A DNA stretch of 64,000 nt from the human T2T-CHM13v2.0 reference genome, Homo sapiens: NCBI RefSeq assembly GCF_009914755.1, contig NC_060948.1, one strand, 5' to 3'. The translations under genes and the position numbers were made by a program. The notes under the pieces were generated by a model. That model was not told where the DNA came from. It made no database searches and saw nothing but the letters and a program-made list of their open reading frames with translations. Positions 1-11,027 of this stretch are shown in pieces. The number at the start of each line of letters is the position of its first letter. Within the stretch, counting starts at the first letter, position 1.

Positions 1-869
1 ACCTCACAGGCTTTGACTACCTGTCAGATGGTCTGGAGGAGATTTGGCCCTGTAAATAGGGATTTGGCCATTTGATTAGTGTTTTCAATACCCATATGAA
101 AAGTTTGGTGGAGGGTCTTAAGTATTTTCCACTGGCTGCCTTCCGGTATAAGTACCTTTCCTTCTTCTGTCACCAACCACCCTGAAGGGAGAAAACTATG
201 CCCCCATGAAAGTCCCCATTCTGTTTCAGTCCGGGAATACTGGGGCTTCATCTCCTGGAGGGGGTTGTTCCATACCAAGGGTCCTTCCATAGGCATTTCT
301 AATGGGACATTCCTCCTGGCAGCAGCTTTGACCTCAGCATCTGCCTGATGGTTTCCTTCTGCCTTTTCTCCTTCACCTTTCTGATGGCTTTGTCAGTGTA
401 AGATTCCCACCTCTTTGTGTTTTTTCACTGTGTGACTGGGCGGGCATTTTTTTGCCCTTTCAGATTGTCCTTCCAATGCCCAGACTTCAGGGTTGATTCC
501 CTCCTCAAGTAGGGGACAACAAATGGGTAAATTGTTCCCCATATTCATGTAGATAATAGCTCCAGCCTTGGCTAATATATCCCTCCCTAATAAGGGTGTG
601 GGACTTTCAGGCATAACAAGAAAGGCATGTGAAAAGAGCAGAGTCTCCCAATTACAACTGAGGAGATGGGAGAAATACCTGATTACAGGCTGCCCCAGGA
701 TTCCTCAGATGGTAACTGACCTTGAGGACAGTCGTCCAGGACAGGAGATTAACACTGAGAAGGCTGTGCCAGTATCCAGGAGGAAGTCAATTTCCTGGTC
801 ATCAATAGTTAAACATACCTGGGGCTCAGTGAGGGTGATGACATGAGCTGGTGCTAGCCCCTGGCACCC
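1..869 (-). pseudogene. pol: ERV pro-pol remnant (protease, first residues of RT, RNase H C-terminus, integrase N-terminus); RT core deleted
   Basis: The - strand reads DFLLDTGTAFSVL (DTG at 776-768). ORF 393..614 has PTPLLGRDIL...INPEVWALEG joined directly to HTVKKHKEVGILH. ORF 24..296 has LHQTFHMG, the His pair of the integrase HHCC motif. Confidence 0.85.
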
Positions 870-2335
870 TCATTCCTTCTGTTGGATCATCTGGTTGGGG
901 GCTTCTGACCCAGGGAAACTTCATCCTCTGGGGCAGTGCACCTTCCAGTGATTGCCTCGGCATAGTGGACACGGACGAGGGGGCAGCTTGTTTCTTATTG
1001 GACAATCTTTTTTAAAATGTCGTAGTAAACCGCACTGATAACAAGCCCTACCAGGTGATTGGCCTGCTCCATTTTCTGACCTCTCTGAACCACCAAAGTT
1101 TGTTTGTCTGAGGGCCATGACTAAGGCTGTGGCCTTTCTCTGATCTCGCTTTTCCTTTTGGGCCTGTTCTTCTTGGTCCCTATTATAGAACACTGAGGTT
1201 GCCAGGTTTAATAATGTCTCTAGATTTTGTTCAGGGCCCAGGGCTTGCTTTTGGAGCTTTCTCCTGATATCTGCAGCTGATGGATTGGGTAATAAACATA
1301 TCTTTTAGAATCAATTGACCCTCAAGTGATTCAGGTGACAGGGGAGTATATTTTCTTAAGGCCTCTCGTAGCCGCTCGAGGAAGGCAGAAGGTTTTTCTT
1401 CCTTTCCCTGGGTTATGGTAGATATCATTGAATAATTCATGGGCTTTTTTCTAATTCTCCTTAGTCCTTCCAGAACACAGGTCAATAGATGTTTACAACT
1501 CCAGTCCCCATGATCTGAGTCAAGGTCCCAGTGGGGATCCGTACTGGGGATGGCTTGCTGACCAGTAGGGAATTTGTCCCTTTCTTCAGCTGTCATTCTA
1601 TCATTTACTTGACTAAGACACCAGGTATCTCCAAACTCCTAGGCTGCAGCTAAAGCCGCATTCTTTTCATTAAAGGCCAGGGTTTGAACTATCAGTAGCA
1701 TGACATCTCTCCAAGTGAGGTCAAAGGTTTGCCCTAGATGCTGTAGGACATCTATGTACCTATCAGGATCATCTGAAAACTTCCCCAGGTCTGCCTTGAT
1801 CTGCTTTAAATCAGAGAGGGAGAAGGGGACATATACCCGGGTTGGGCCAAATTCCCCTCCTGCTACAGATTGAAGGGGACATAACCGACAGCCCGGGGGT
1901 TTTTGTGGTCCTTTGGAGATTTCTTTGCTTGTTTCCTTCCGGGCAGGGGAGATTAGAGGAGGAGTATCAATAATAGGAAGGGGAGCTATAGGGAGGCTAG
2001 GATATAGGGGTAAGCTGAGGGGTCCTCCTCTGGGATGTAAATTGCAAGCTTTGCATAGTTGTGTATTCTCCCTCAATGAAAAGAAAGCTCGGACATAAGG
2101 CATTTCACTCCATTTGCCTTCCCTCTTACAGAAAAGATCAAGCTGCAGGATAGTATTGTAATTTGTACTTCCCTCAGGTGGCCATTTTTCCCCATCAGAA
2201 AGAGAATATTGGGGCCAGGCCGCAGTGCAGAAAAAAAATGAGCTGCCTCTTTTTCAGGGTTTGTGGGTCAAATTGGTCCCAATGGCTTAGGATGCATTTC
2301 AAGGGTGAGCCTGTTGATGCCTGAGTGTTTCCCAT
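870..2335 (-). pseudogene. gag: ERV gag remnant (MA-CA-NC), disrupted
   Basis: ATG at 2335 gives MGNTQASTGSPLKCILSHWDQFDP (Gly2, myristoylation-type start). Capsid ORFs 1639..2103 and 1231..1596 include the MHR-like ITQGKEEKPSAFLERLREA. NC ORF 921..1193 has CYQCGLLRHFKKDC and CPLCRGNHWKVHC. TGA at 872-870. Confidence 0.88.
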
Positions 2336-3463
2336 CTGAAAGACAAAATTACCCGCAGTTTTGGTTTGTTTTGTTTCTCTCCCTGTCCAAGAACCCGCAA
2401 CGGTCCCTGGACCCTGCTGATCGGAATAGTTGCACTCACTGACGCAGCAACAGAAACACTAGTTTTCCTCCCAGACCACATGGAGGACCGAGGAAGGTCG
2501 GATTTAGTGGTCCTTACTGACGCAATGTTGAAAACCTGCACCCTTGCTTGTCCTCCTAGACCACAAGGAGGACCGACTGAGAAAAATCGGATTTAGTGGC
2601 CCTTACCAACGCATCCTCAAAAACCTGTTAGAGTCCTAAGCGTTCTCCTGTTAGTATTAGGACTTTACCCCTGTCCTATAAAGATGTTATGCCCCAAAAA
2701 TGAAATGGAGGGCCATACCCTGAGGGAGGGAAGGGATCTTCATGGTTGGAAGAGTGACACCTTTTGTCCTCACTTATAGGAAGGATACAATTTCTGAGGC
2801 TCCCCATATCCTAGCTTCAGGAATAACTTTTGTTAGGCCTGTTAGTCTGAGGAGGGATCCTAAAATTCCAGGTAGTCCCCACTATGATGGGGCCTTGGGC
2901 AAAAACTGTATCTTTCTGATTGGTGAGCCCGGGTGCCTAAAGAAGATAACAGAGTCCTGGAGTTTATACTAGAAGTCATTCTTATAGGAGAAACAAGAAA
3001 AGCACCAGAGGCAGGTAGCAATTTTTAGAAGCGGGTCTAGACTCAGAAGAGAGGCGAGAGGAAGTTTGTCTGGCAGGCATTGGGACCCAGAGGGCAAGGG
3101 TCAGTATAGATAGGATAGATAGGCGAGTCTCGCTTGGGCGACATGCTTGAGAGTTCCGCTCATGGCTGCAGGGTCAACCAACATGTTGTTGGGACCCCGG
3201 AGATGCATGGCTTTCCTCTCTGTCGACCCTCGGCTCAGCCCAGAAGTACAGAAAAAGCAGAAGCTGGTTCTAGGTAAAACAACGGTCCCAACTCCAAAGA
3301 GTTGGGGGTTGTTAGAGAGCCCTTTCCCAGAAAGCCTGACACCCGCGTCTTTAGTCTGGCAGCCACACTAGTTGCCTTTAACTGGCTGACAGGTGCCTGG
3401 TATTTAGCCCCCGAATTCTAAGGAAAGATAGGACAATATAGCAAGCGAAAGGGGTCCAATGGT

Positions 3464-3469
3464 ACTCAC
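3464..3469 (-). promoter_or_regulatory. Candidate proviral major splice donor (GCA|GTGAGT) in the leader
   Basis: The - strand reads CCAAGCA GTGAGT ACC about 90 nt downstream of the PBS, the usual position of a retroviral SD. It lies at the end of a 4-copy CTCAC(T/C)GCTTGGC repeat (3465-3553). Confidence 0.55.
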
Positions 3470-3559
3470 TGCTTGGCGATAGGTGATGGTCTCACCGCTT
3501 GGCGATTGTCTCACCGCTTGGCAATAGGCGATGGTCTCACTGCTTGGCGATAGGCAAAA

Positions 3560-3577
3560 GTCCCTTCGTGGTCACCA
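3560..3577 (-). promoter_or_regulatory. Primer binding site complementary to the tRNA-Arg(TCG) 3' end
   Basis: The - strand reads TGGTGACCACGAAGGGAC 3 nt past the LTR end. The + strand GTCCCTTCGTGGTCACCA matches the recalled tRNA-Arg 3' end GTCCCTTCGTGGTCGCCA at 17/18. HERV9 is known to be Arg-primed. Confidence 0.85.
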
Positions 3578-3580
3578 AAA

Positions 3581-5408
3581 TGTGTCTGGAATTGCTGGGT
3601 TCTTGGTCTCACTGACTTCAAGAATGAAGCTGCGGACCCTCATGGTGAGTGTTACAGCTCTTAAGGTGGCACGTCTGGAGTCTGTCCCTTCTGATGTTCA
3701 GATGTGTTCAGAGTTTCTTCCTTCTGGTGGGTTCGTGGTCTCGCTGGCTCAGGAGTGAAGCTGCAGACCTTCGCAGTGAATGTTACAGCTCTTAAGGTAG
3801 CGCGTCTGGAGTTGTTCGTTTCTCCCGGTGGGCTCGTGGTCTCGCTGGGCTCAGGAGTGAAGCTGCAGATCTTCTTCACGGTGAGTGTTACAGCTCACAA
3901 AAGCAGCGTGGACCCAAAGAGTGAGCAGTAGCAAGATTTATTGCAAAGAGCGAAAAAACTAACCTTCCACAGTGTGGAAGAGGACCGGAGCGAGTTGCCA
4001 ATGCTGGCTCGGGCAGCCTGCTTTTATTCTCTTATCTGGCCCCATCCACATCCTGCTGATTGGTAGAGCCGAGTGGCCTGTTTTGTCAGGGTGCTGCTTG
4101 GCGCGTTTACAATCCCTGAGCTAGATACAAATGTTCTCCACGTCCCCATCAGATTAGTTAGATACAGAGTTTCGACACACATGTTCTCCAAGGCCCCACC
4201 AGAGCAGCTAGATACAGAGTGTCGATTGCTTCATTCACAAACCTTGAGCTAAACAGAGGGTGCTGATTGGTGTATTTACAATCCTTGAGCTAGATAGAGA
4301 GTGCCGATTGGTGTATTTACAATCCCTGAGCTAGATACAGAGTGCCGATTGGTGTATTTACAATCCCTGAGCTAGACATAAAGGTTCTCCACGTCCTCAC
4401 CAGAGCAGCTAGATACAGAGTGTTGATTGGTGAACTCACAAACCTTGAGCTAAACACAGGGTGCTGATTGGTGTATTTACAATCCCTGAGCTAGATATAA
4501 AGACTCTCCACGTCCTCACCGGAGCAGCTAGATACAGAGTTTCGATTGGTGCACTCAAATCTTGAGCTAAACACAGGGTGCTGACTGGTGTATTTACAAT
4601 CCCTGAGCTAGATATAAAGACTCTCCACGTCCTCACAAGAGCAGCTAGATACAGTGTCGATTGGTGCACTCACAAACCTTGAGCTAAACACAGGGTGCTG
4701 ACTGATGTATTTACAATCCCTGATCTAGATATACAGATTCTCCACGTCCCCACCAGACTCAGGAGCCCAGCTGGCTTCACCTAGTGGATCCCGCACTGGG
4801 GCTACACGTGGAGCTGACTGCCAGTCCTGCGCCATGCGCTGGCATTCCTCAGCCCTTGGGTGGTCAATGGGACTGGGTGCCGTGGAGCAGGGTTGGTGCT
4901 CGTCGGGGAGGCTCGGGCCACACAGGAGCCCATGGAGTGGGTGGGAGGCTCAGACATGGCGGGCTGCAGGTCCCGAGCCCTGCCCCGTGGGAAGGCAGCT
5001 GAGGCCTGGCTAGAAATCCAGCGCAGCGCCGGTGGGCCAGCGCTGCTGGGGTACTCAGTATACCCTCCACAGCCACTGGCCCAGATGCTAAGTCCCCCAT
5101 TGCCTGGGGCCAGCAGGGCTGGCCGGCTGCTCCGAGTGCGGGGCCAGCCAAGCCCACGCCCACCCAGAACTCCAGCTGGCCTGCAAGCACAGCAGGCAGC
5201 CCCGGTTCCCGCTCACGCCTCTCCCTCCACACCTCCCTACAAGCTGAAGGAGTGGGCTCCAGCCTTGTCCAGCCCAGAAAAGGGCTCCCACAGTGCAGTG
5301 GGGGTACTGAAGGGCTCCTCAAATGCCACCAAAGTGGGAGCCCAGGCAGGGGAGGTGCCAAGAGCAAGCAACGGCTCTAAGGACTGCCAGCAATGCTGTC
5401 ACCTCTCA
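3581..5408 (-). mobile_element. LTR12 (5' LTR of the HERV9 provirus)
   Basis: Termini are TGAGAGGTGACAGC...CCAGACACA on the - strand. GC-rich U3, tandem CCAAT/GATA enhancer repeats, TATA-like AATAAAA (4028-4022), polyA signal AATAAA (3942-3937) and tandem U5 repeats (3600-3900). Confidence 0.95.
4050..4760 (-). repeat. LTR12 U3 enhancer tandem repeat array (~32-45 bp units)
   Basis: GATTGGTGTATTTACAATCCCTGAGCTAGAT and GAGCAGCTAGATACAGAGT recur many times, most units carrying ATTGG (CCAAT on -). A ~120-bp higher-order unit is repeated about 3 times in 4380-4750. Confidence 0.9.
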
Positions 5409-5483
5409 ATAATATCCCTGAATTACATCTGCTACTCCGCTGCTCTACCCATCTAACAAGTAAGTGATGGAGACATTGATGGT

Positions 5484-5524
5484 TCTATTAGTCAGGGTTC
5501 TCTGGAGGGACAGAACTAATAGGA

Positions 5525-5563
<39 letters not shown>

Positions 5564-6268
5564 CTAACCCTTACCATAACATATATATGTGTGTGTGTGT
5601 GTCTGTGTGTGTAAAGGATATACAAATATACATACAACTAATAGGATATATGTATGTGTGTTTATATAGATAATATCTATGTTTTTATATAAATATATAT
5701 AAATTATGTATATGAATATAACAAAATATATATTTATATATAGTATATATAAACACACACACAGATATATATCCTATTAGTGATAAGTGATAAAGAGTAG
5801 TGTTTATATATATACATATATAATAAATTCTTCTTTATATATATATACACATCTATATTTGTGTGTGTGTGTGTCCATATATATATATAAGTTTATTAAG
5901 CAGTATGAACTCACGGGATCTCAAGGTCCCACACAGTAGACGATCTGCAAGCTGAGGAGCGAGGAAGCCAGTTAGAGTTCCAAAGCTGAAGAATTTGGAG
6001 TCTGATGTTCCAGGGCAGGAAGAATCAAGCACAGGACAGATGTAGACTTGGAGGGTAAGGCAGTCTTGTCTTTTCACGTTTTTCTGCCTGCTTTATAATT
6101 TCTGGCAGCTGATGAGATGGTGCCTACCCGCTTGAGTGTGGGTCTGCCTTCCCCAGCCCACTGACTCAAATGTTAATTTCCTTTGACAACACCCTCACAG
6201 AGACACCTGGGATCAGTACTGTGCATCCATCAATCCAATCAAGTTGACACTCAGCATTAACCATCACA
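5484..6268 (-). mobile_element. MLT2A-type (ERVL) solo LTR with internal (TA)n/(TG)n expansion
   Basis: The - strand begins TGTGATGGTTAATGCTGAGTGTCAACTTGATTGGATTG and ends ...GAACCCTGACTAATAGA. Perfect 5-bp TSD ATGGT at 5479-5483 and 6269-6273. Confidence 0.9.
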
Positions 6269-6782
6269 ATGGTGTACAACTGACTGGAGTTAAAGTGAGA
6301 GTCAGGCTTTGAATCATAGTCGTAAAACTGCACAAATTCTCTGCCCCATACTACCTCCCAGACACATAATACATGCAGGAGTAGGTGTTTTTGTGCCTGT
6401 TATAGTGCATTTGAGCCTGTTGTTCTTTACTTTGCTCTTGTGTCAGACCATCTCTCCAAAAACAGATGATCAGCATCATACACAACTGGTAGTATTGATT
6501 ATCTGCAGCATAAAGCATGGAACATGGGATTTTCAGGGAATGGAGTAGGAAAAATTCCTGAACCTAAGCAGCTTAATACCTTAATATTTCACTTGGTTAG
6601 TTTGAATACATATACTTCTACACACACACACATGAAATTACATGGATAATATAAGCTTTAATGTATTGTATATATAATATAAATCTCTCTAACCTCCAAA
6701 AATGTATATATCCAAACTATTTGTCAATTTCTCTCTCTCTTTCCCCCCTCTTGCTCTTTCCACATATTTATGTATAAAACAG

Positions 6783-7045
6783 TTTTTCAAACTAACCAAC
6801 TGAAATATTAAGCTCCTATGTTATATATATAATATATATTTCTGCAAATAACCAAAATATCAAAGCAATTAAGCTCCTGTTTCATGTATCTATTGTATAT
6901 AGATATATGTGTGTGTGTGTACATGTATACAGTATTTCTCCAAACTAAGCAACTGAAAAATATTAAGCTCCTATGTCTTACATATATAAAATATTTATTC
7001 AAATAAGCAAGCAAAATATTAGGCTATTAAGCTCCTATGAATAAT
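6783..7045. repeat. Degenerate local tandem repeat, 4 units with core ATTAAGCTCCT
   Basis: Core at ~6807, 6868, 6962 and 7026, each preceded by CAAA(C)TAA(C/G)CAA. Confidence 0.75.
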
Positions 7046-7379
7046 GTTTTATTTTATTCTATATAAATAGAATAATATGAATATGTTTCATATTATTCTG
7101 TATATTATATATATATACACAGCAGGTTAGTTTGAAGACATGTATGCATATATTAAAATCTACTTTATAATTTGATATATAATAAGTTAAGTACAAACTT
7201 TCATGAAATATGTATGAGAAGAAGGAAGACTATTTTTATAGTACGATTAGTACAGTGAATTCTGGGGAAAAAGTAAATACTCATTTCAAATCCTCATGTA
7301 CAATTCAAATAAACAAAAATCTGGTGGCATGTTTACAGCCTGCTAATATAGATTATGTGGTGTTGGAAAACATTTTATT

Positions 7380-7715
7380 TTTACAAGTACCTAGTAGGTG
7401 TATATATTTGTGGGTTATATGAGCTATTTCAATATAGGCATACAATGATAAAAATCACATTAAAATAAATGGGGTACACATCACCTCAAGCATTTATCGT
7501 TTATTTGTTTTACAGGCTTTCATTTATACTTTTAGTTATTTAAAAATATGCAGTAAATTAGTGTTGACTGCAGATACCCTATTGTGCTATGAAATACTAG
7601 ATCTTCTTCATTCTGTCTCACTATATTTTTGTGCCTATTAACCATCCCCACTTCTCTATCCCTCCCATTACTCTCCCCAGCCTATGGTAACCATCATTCT
7701 ATTCTCTGTCTCCCT
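7380..7715 (-). mobile_element. Old L1 (L1MA-type) 3' end fragment
   Basis: Contains CATCACCTCAAGCATTTATC, TTATACTTTTAGTTATTTAAAAAT and GGTAACCATCATTCTATTCTCTGTCTCC, typical of the reverse-complemented L1MA 3'UTR. Confidence 0.7.
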
Positions 7716-7739
7716 GAAGGCAACTGGAAGGCTATTTTT

Positions 7740-8053
7740 CTTTTTTTCTTTTTCTTTTTTTTTTTGAGACAGAGTCTCCCTCTGTCACCCAGAATGATGT
7801 CGCCCAGTGATGCAGTCTAGGTTCCCTGCAACCTGCCCCTTGTGGGTTCAAGTGTTTTTCCAGTCTCAGCCTCCCAAGCAGCTGGGATTACAGGTGCACA
7901 CCACCTCGCCCACCTAATTTTTGGTGGTTTTTTTTTGTAGACACAGGGTTTCACCATGTTGGCCAGGCTGGTCTCGAACTCCTTACCTCGTGATCCACCC
8001 ACCTAGGCCTCCCAAAGTGCTGGAATTACAGGCGTGAGCCACCACACCTGGCC
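7740..8053 (-). mobile_element. Alu (AluS-type)
   Basis: Poly-T followed by GAGACAGAGTCTC...CCTCCCAAAGTGCTGGAATTACAGGCGTGAGCCACC. TSD-like TGGAAGGCTATTTTT / TGGAAGACATATTTTT. Confidence 0.95.
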
Positions 8054-8296
8054 TGGAAGACATATTTTTAAAGGATAGGCTGGAAGGTTGCATTGACTTT
8101 CGCTGTTTCTGGCTCACTAAATCCTGCTATTTTCTGCAGTAGGGATTGCTACACTTACGTTATGCTTTCCTACTGCAGAGAAGGACATTCTGTTCCCACT
8201 GGGCTCCTATACTGCCTCTACAGTCGGCTTTGGAGATAACAGCCTGAGGCGTCAGAGCGTCTTGGTGGTGAAAGCATCTTAAGATGTCACTGGCAC

Positions 8297-8588
8297 GGCT
8301 GGGTGCTGTGGCTCACGCCTGTAATGCTAGCATTTTGGAAGGCTGAGGCGGGCGGATCACGAAGTCAAGAGATTGAGACCATCCTGGCCAACATGGTGAA
8401 ACCCCATCTCTACCAAAAATACAAAAATTAGCTCGGCAGTGCCTGTAGTCCCAGCTACTCGGGAGGCTGAGGCAGGAGAATTGCTTTAACCTGGGAGCAG
8501 AGGTTGCAGTAAGCCGAGATCGAGCAACTGCACTTCAGTCTGGCGACTGAGCTAGACTCGGTCTCAAATAAGGGGGTTAAAAAAAAAA
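8297..8588 (+). mobile_element. Alu (AluSc-like)
   Basis: GGCTGGGTGCTGTGGCTCACGCCTGTAAT...poly-A. TSD AAGATGTCACTGGCAC / AAGAGGTCACTGGTAC. Confidence 0.95.
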
Positions 8589-9404
8589 GAGGTCACTGGT
8601 ACAAGCCCTTGTTTTGCAGTGGAAGGAGATGAAGTCCAGGCCACTATATGATGGGCCAGAGAGCACGTGGCTTATTAGTGACCACGGCTATAGTGGCTCA
8701 AGTTCCCTGGCTGCTGGCCATGGCTGGCAGGATCCCGGGGCTTTTCTGCCTAATACGTGGGTCTGTTGCCTTGGGTGTGTTGCATTGGGCTTGTCGCATA
8801 ATCATGGAGAAATAGATTTTCTCTTCAATTTTTAAATCCAAGATATTTTGGCAGCACATGGGAAAATAAAGTCATTGAGTAAGAAAACCTATACAGATGA
8901 GCATCTTTTGATTAAATTTTCATTATAAAATAATCACAGTCACAAAACCTGAATCAAAACGTATACACAGATAATCATCTTAAAGAGTAAAAAATAATCA
9001 GGTACATAGTATTGTACTCACTGACAGACCAGGAAAGAGCATTCCCACTGTTTTTGTATATCAGTGTGAGTTTGCTTCCTGTCTCCTACCTCGCAGAGAA
9101 ATGTACTTCCTCAGGATTCGGTTTTCAGAATGCCCTTGCTATGTTATTTCAGGACAAACATAGTTCTGAGCAATATATTGTTTAGTTTTACCCTTATGTA
9201 AATGAAAATCACACTATTTGTAGTGTTTTATGGCTTGGCTTTTATGTTTGAGGTTTTCCCATTTTGGTCCATATATCTGTATTTTATTCATTTTTTACTG
9301 TTGTGTAAAGCTTTCTGCTTTAATATGCCAACATTTATTTATTCATTGTCCTATTTATGGATATCTGGATTGTCGTAACTTTTTTTGCAATTACAATTTG
9401 GGTT

Positions 9405-9710
9405 GCATTGTCCCCAGCAAACTAATGCAGGGACAGAAAACCAAACACTGCATGTTCTCACTTATAAGTGGCAGCTCAACGATGATAACATGTGAACACA
9501 TGTGGGTGGAGAACAACACATAATGTGGCCTGTCTGGGGATTTGGGAGGAGGGAGAACATCAGGAAGAATAACTAATGGATGCTGGGATTAATACCTAGG
9601 TGATGGGTTGATTCGTGCAGCAAATAAACATGGCACATGTTTACCTGTGTAACAAACCTACAAATCCTGCACATTTACCATGAAAATTAAAATAAAAGTT
9701 GAAGAAAAAA
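9405..9710 (+). mobile_element. L1 (L1PA/L1PB) 3' end fragment
   Basis: CAGAAAACCAAACACTGCATGTTCTCACTTATAAGTGG...CACATGTTTACCTGTGTAACAAACC...AAAATAAAAGTT. Confidence 0.85.
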
Positions 9711-10641
9711 TATTGGGGCTGCAATGGACATTTCTGTACATATTTTCTGATGCAAATATTTTAGAAACCCTATAGAGGATGGATGTGTGTGTGTGTGTGC
9801 GTGGTGTGTGTGTGTGTGTGTGTCTACTTTCACCATAGGATTCTGTATCTTCTACTTTCTAATGTGATTTAAAATTGTTTTGCAGTGGGGTTGCACAGAG
9901 GCTCAGCATCATTGCATGGGAGTTCTAGTTGCTCCAGATCTTTCTTCAGTAGTTGATATCATTGTATCAAATTTTTATTAATACTATTCTGATTTCATCT
10001 GCATTTCACCAATAATGAATGGCATTGAGCCTCTTGTCCTATGTTGAGGCTATCTGTAGATGTGAGGACTTCTTCCTTGATACGGATTTATGGTGGAGGA
10101 ATCAATCACCAAAGATGGCTCTGAGTGTAGGCTGAATGACTAAAAATATAATGATCTAGTTATCTAAATATAAAACAAAATTGTTTAAGCAATTTGGGGG
10201 ATTGGAGAATGAGAGTTTTAGGAGAACCATAAGATATCTATCTGACTATATTCTTCAAGACAAGATAGTCATGGCAGTACAGGCATGGTGGCACATAACA
10301 TTTTGTCACCTGGCACTACACGAGTGTGCTTCCATGACCTTGAGGATATATATGACTTTGAGTTTGGTGAGACAGATGAACACAAAGCCCAGAGAATCTG
10401 CAAATTATTTGACTTAGATTTAGATATTGTGTTTGGAAAACATTTGACACAGAAAATCAAGCATTAGCAAGCATTTATTATTTGCTTGTGTTAGCTTTAG
10501 TTATGCAGATGATGAATAATAAGAAAAAAAGCATCACAGGTAGGGATAGATACTGTCATGAAAATTTAAGCTTCTCATGGGCAGGAACTCATTCTTAACC
10601 CCACTATGTGCCCTTACTAAGCGCAGTGATCTTTATGGGAT

Positions 10642-11027
10642 ACTTCTATGATCTGAAGACTTGTGTCCTTCCAGAATCCACATGTTGACATTGTAAACCC
10701 AAAGTGATGGTGCTAGGAGGTAGGGGCTTTGGAGCTGCCGAGATGTTGAGAGTGGATGCCACGTGAATGGCATTAATGACATTTTAAAAGATACCCCAGG
10801 GACATTACTTGCTCCTCCCCTCTTTTCCAAAGTCATAAGGAAAAGTCAGCCCTCTAGGCATTGGGCCCTCACCATACACTGAATCTACCATATCTTGATT
10901 TCGGATTTCCAGTCTCCAGAACTGTGAGCAATGAATCTCTATGGTGTATAAGCCCCACCACCACCCGCCCCAACGACACTCACCCCAGGCTATGATATTT
11001 TGTTACAGCAGCCTGAATGGACTAACC
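10642..11027 (+). mobile_element. MaLR LTR (MLT1A/MST-like)
   Basis: GATGGTGCTAGGAGGTAGGGGCTTTGG, GATTTCCAGTCTCCAGAACTGTGAGCAATGAAT, ending TTGTTACAGCAGCCTGAATGGACTAA. Confidence 0.75.

Larger units (their letters stand above)
1..5408 (-). mobile_element. HERV9 (ERV9/LTR12 group) provirus, defective; 3' part runs off the window start
   Basis: On the - strand the order is LTR12 (5408-3581), PBS (3577-3560), leader, gag (MGNTQAS..., two CCHC knuckles), protease (LLDTG, PLLGRD), then an RNase H/integrase junction. Frames are broken by stops and frameshifts. Confidence 0.93.

Noticed and set aside
3560-3577. tRNA-Arg-like sequence as a tRNA gene
   Set aside because: Only the 18-nt 3' end is matched, directly beside the LTR; this is the PBS.
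4050-4760. Regularly spaced direct repeats resembling a CRISPR array
   Set aside because: Eukaryotic context, the inter-repeat segments are themselves repeated, and the array is the known LTR12 enhancer repeat.
4784-5456. Overlapping long ORFs in GC-rich DNA (also 33751-34473)
   Set aside because: They lie in LTR12 U3; high GC lowers stop-codon frequency and there are no recognisable protein motifs.
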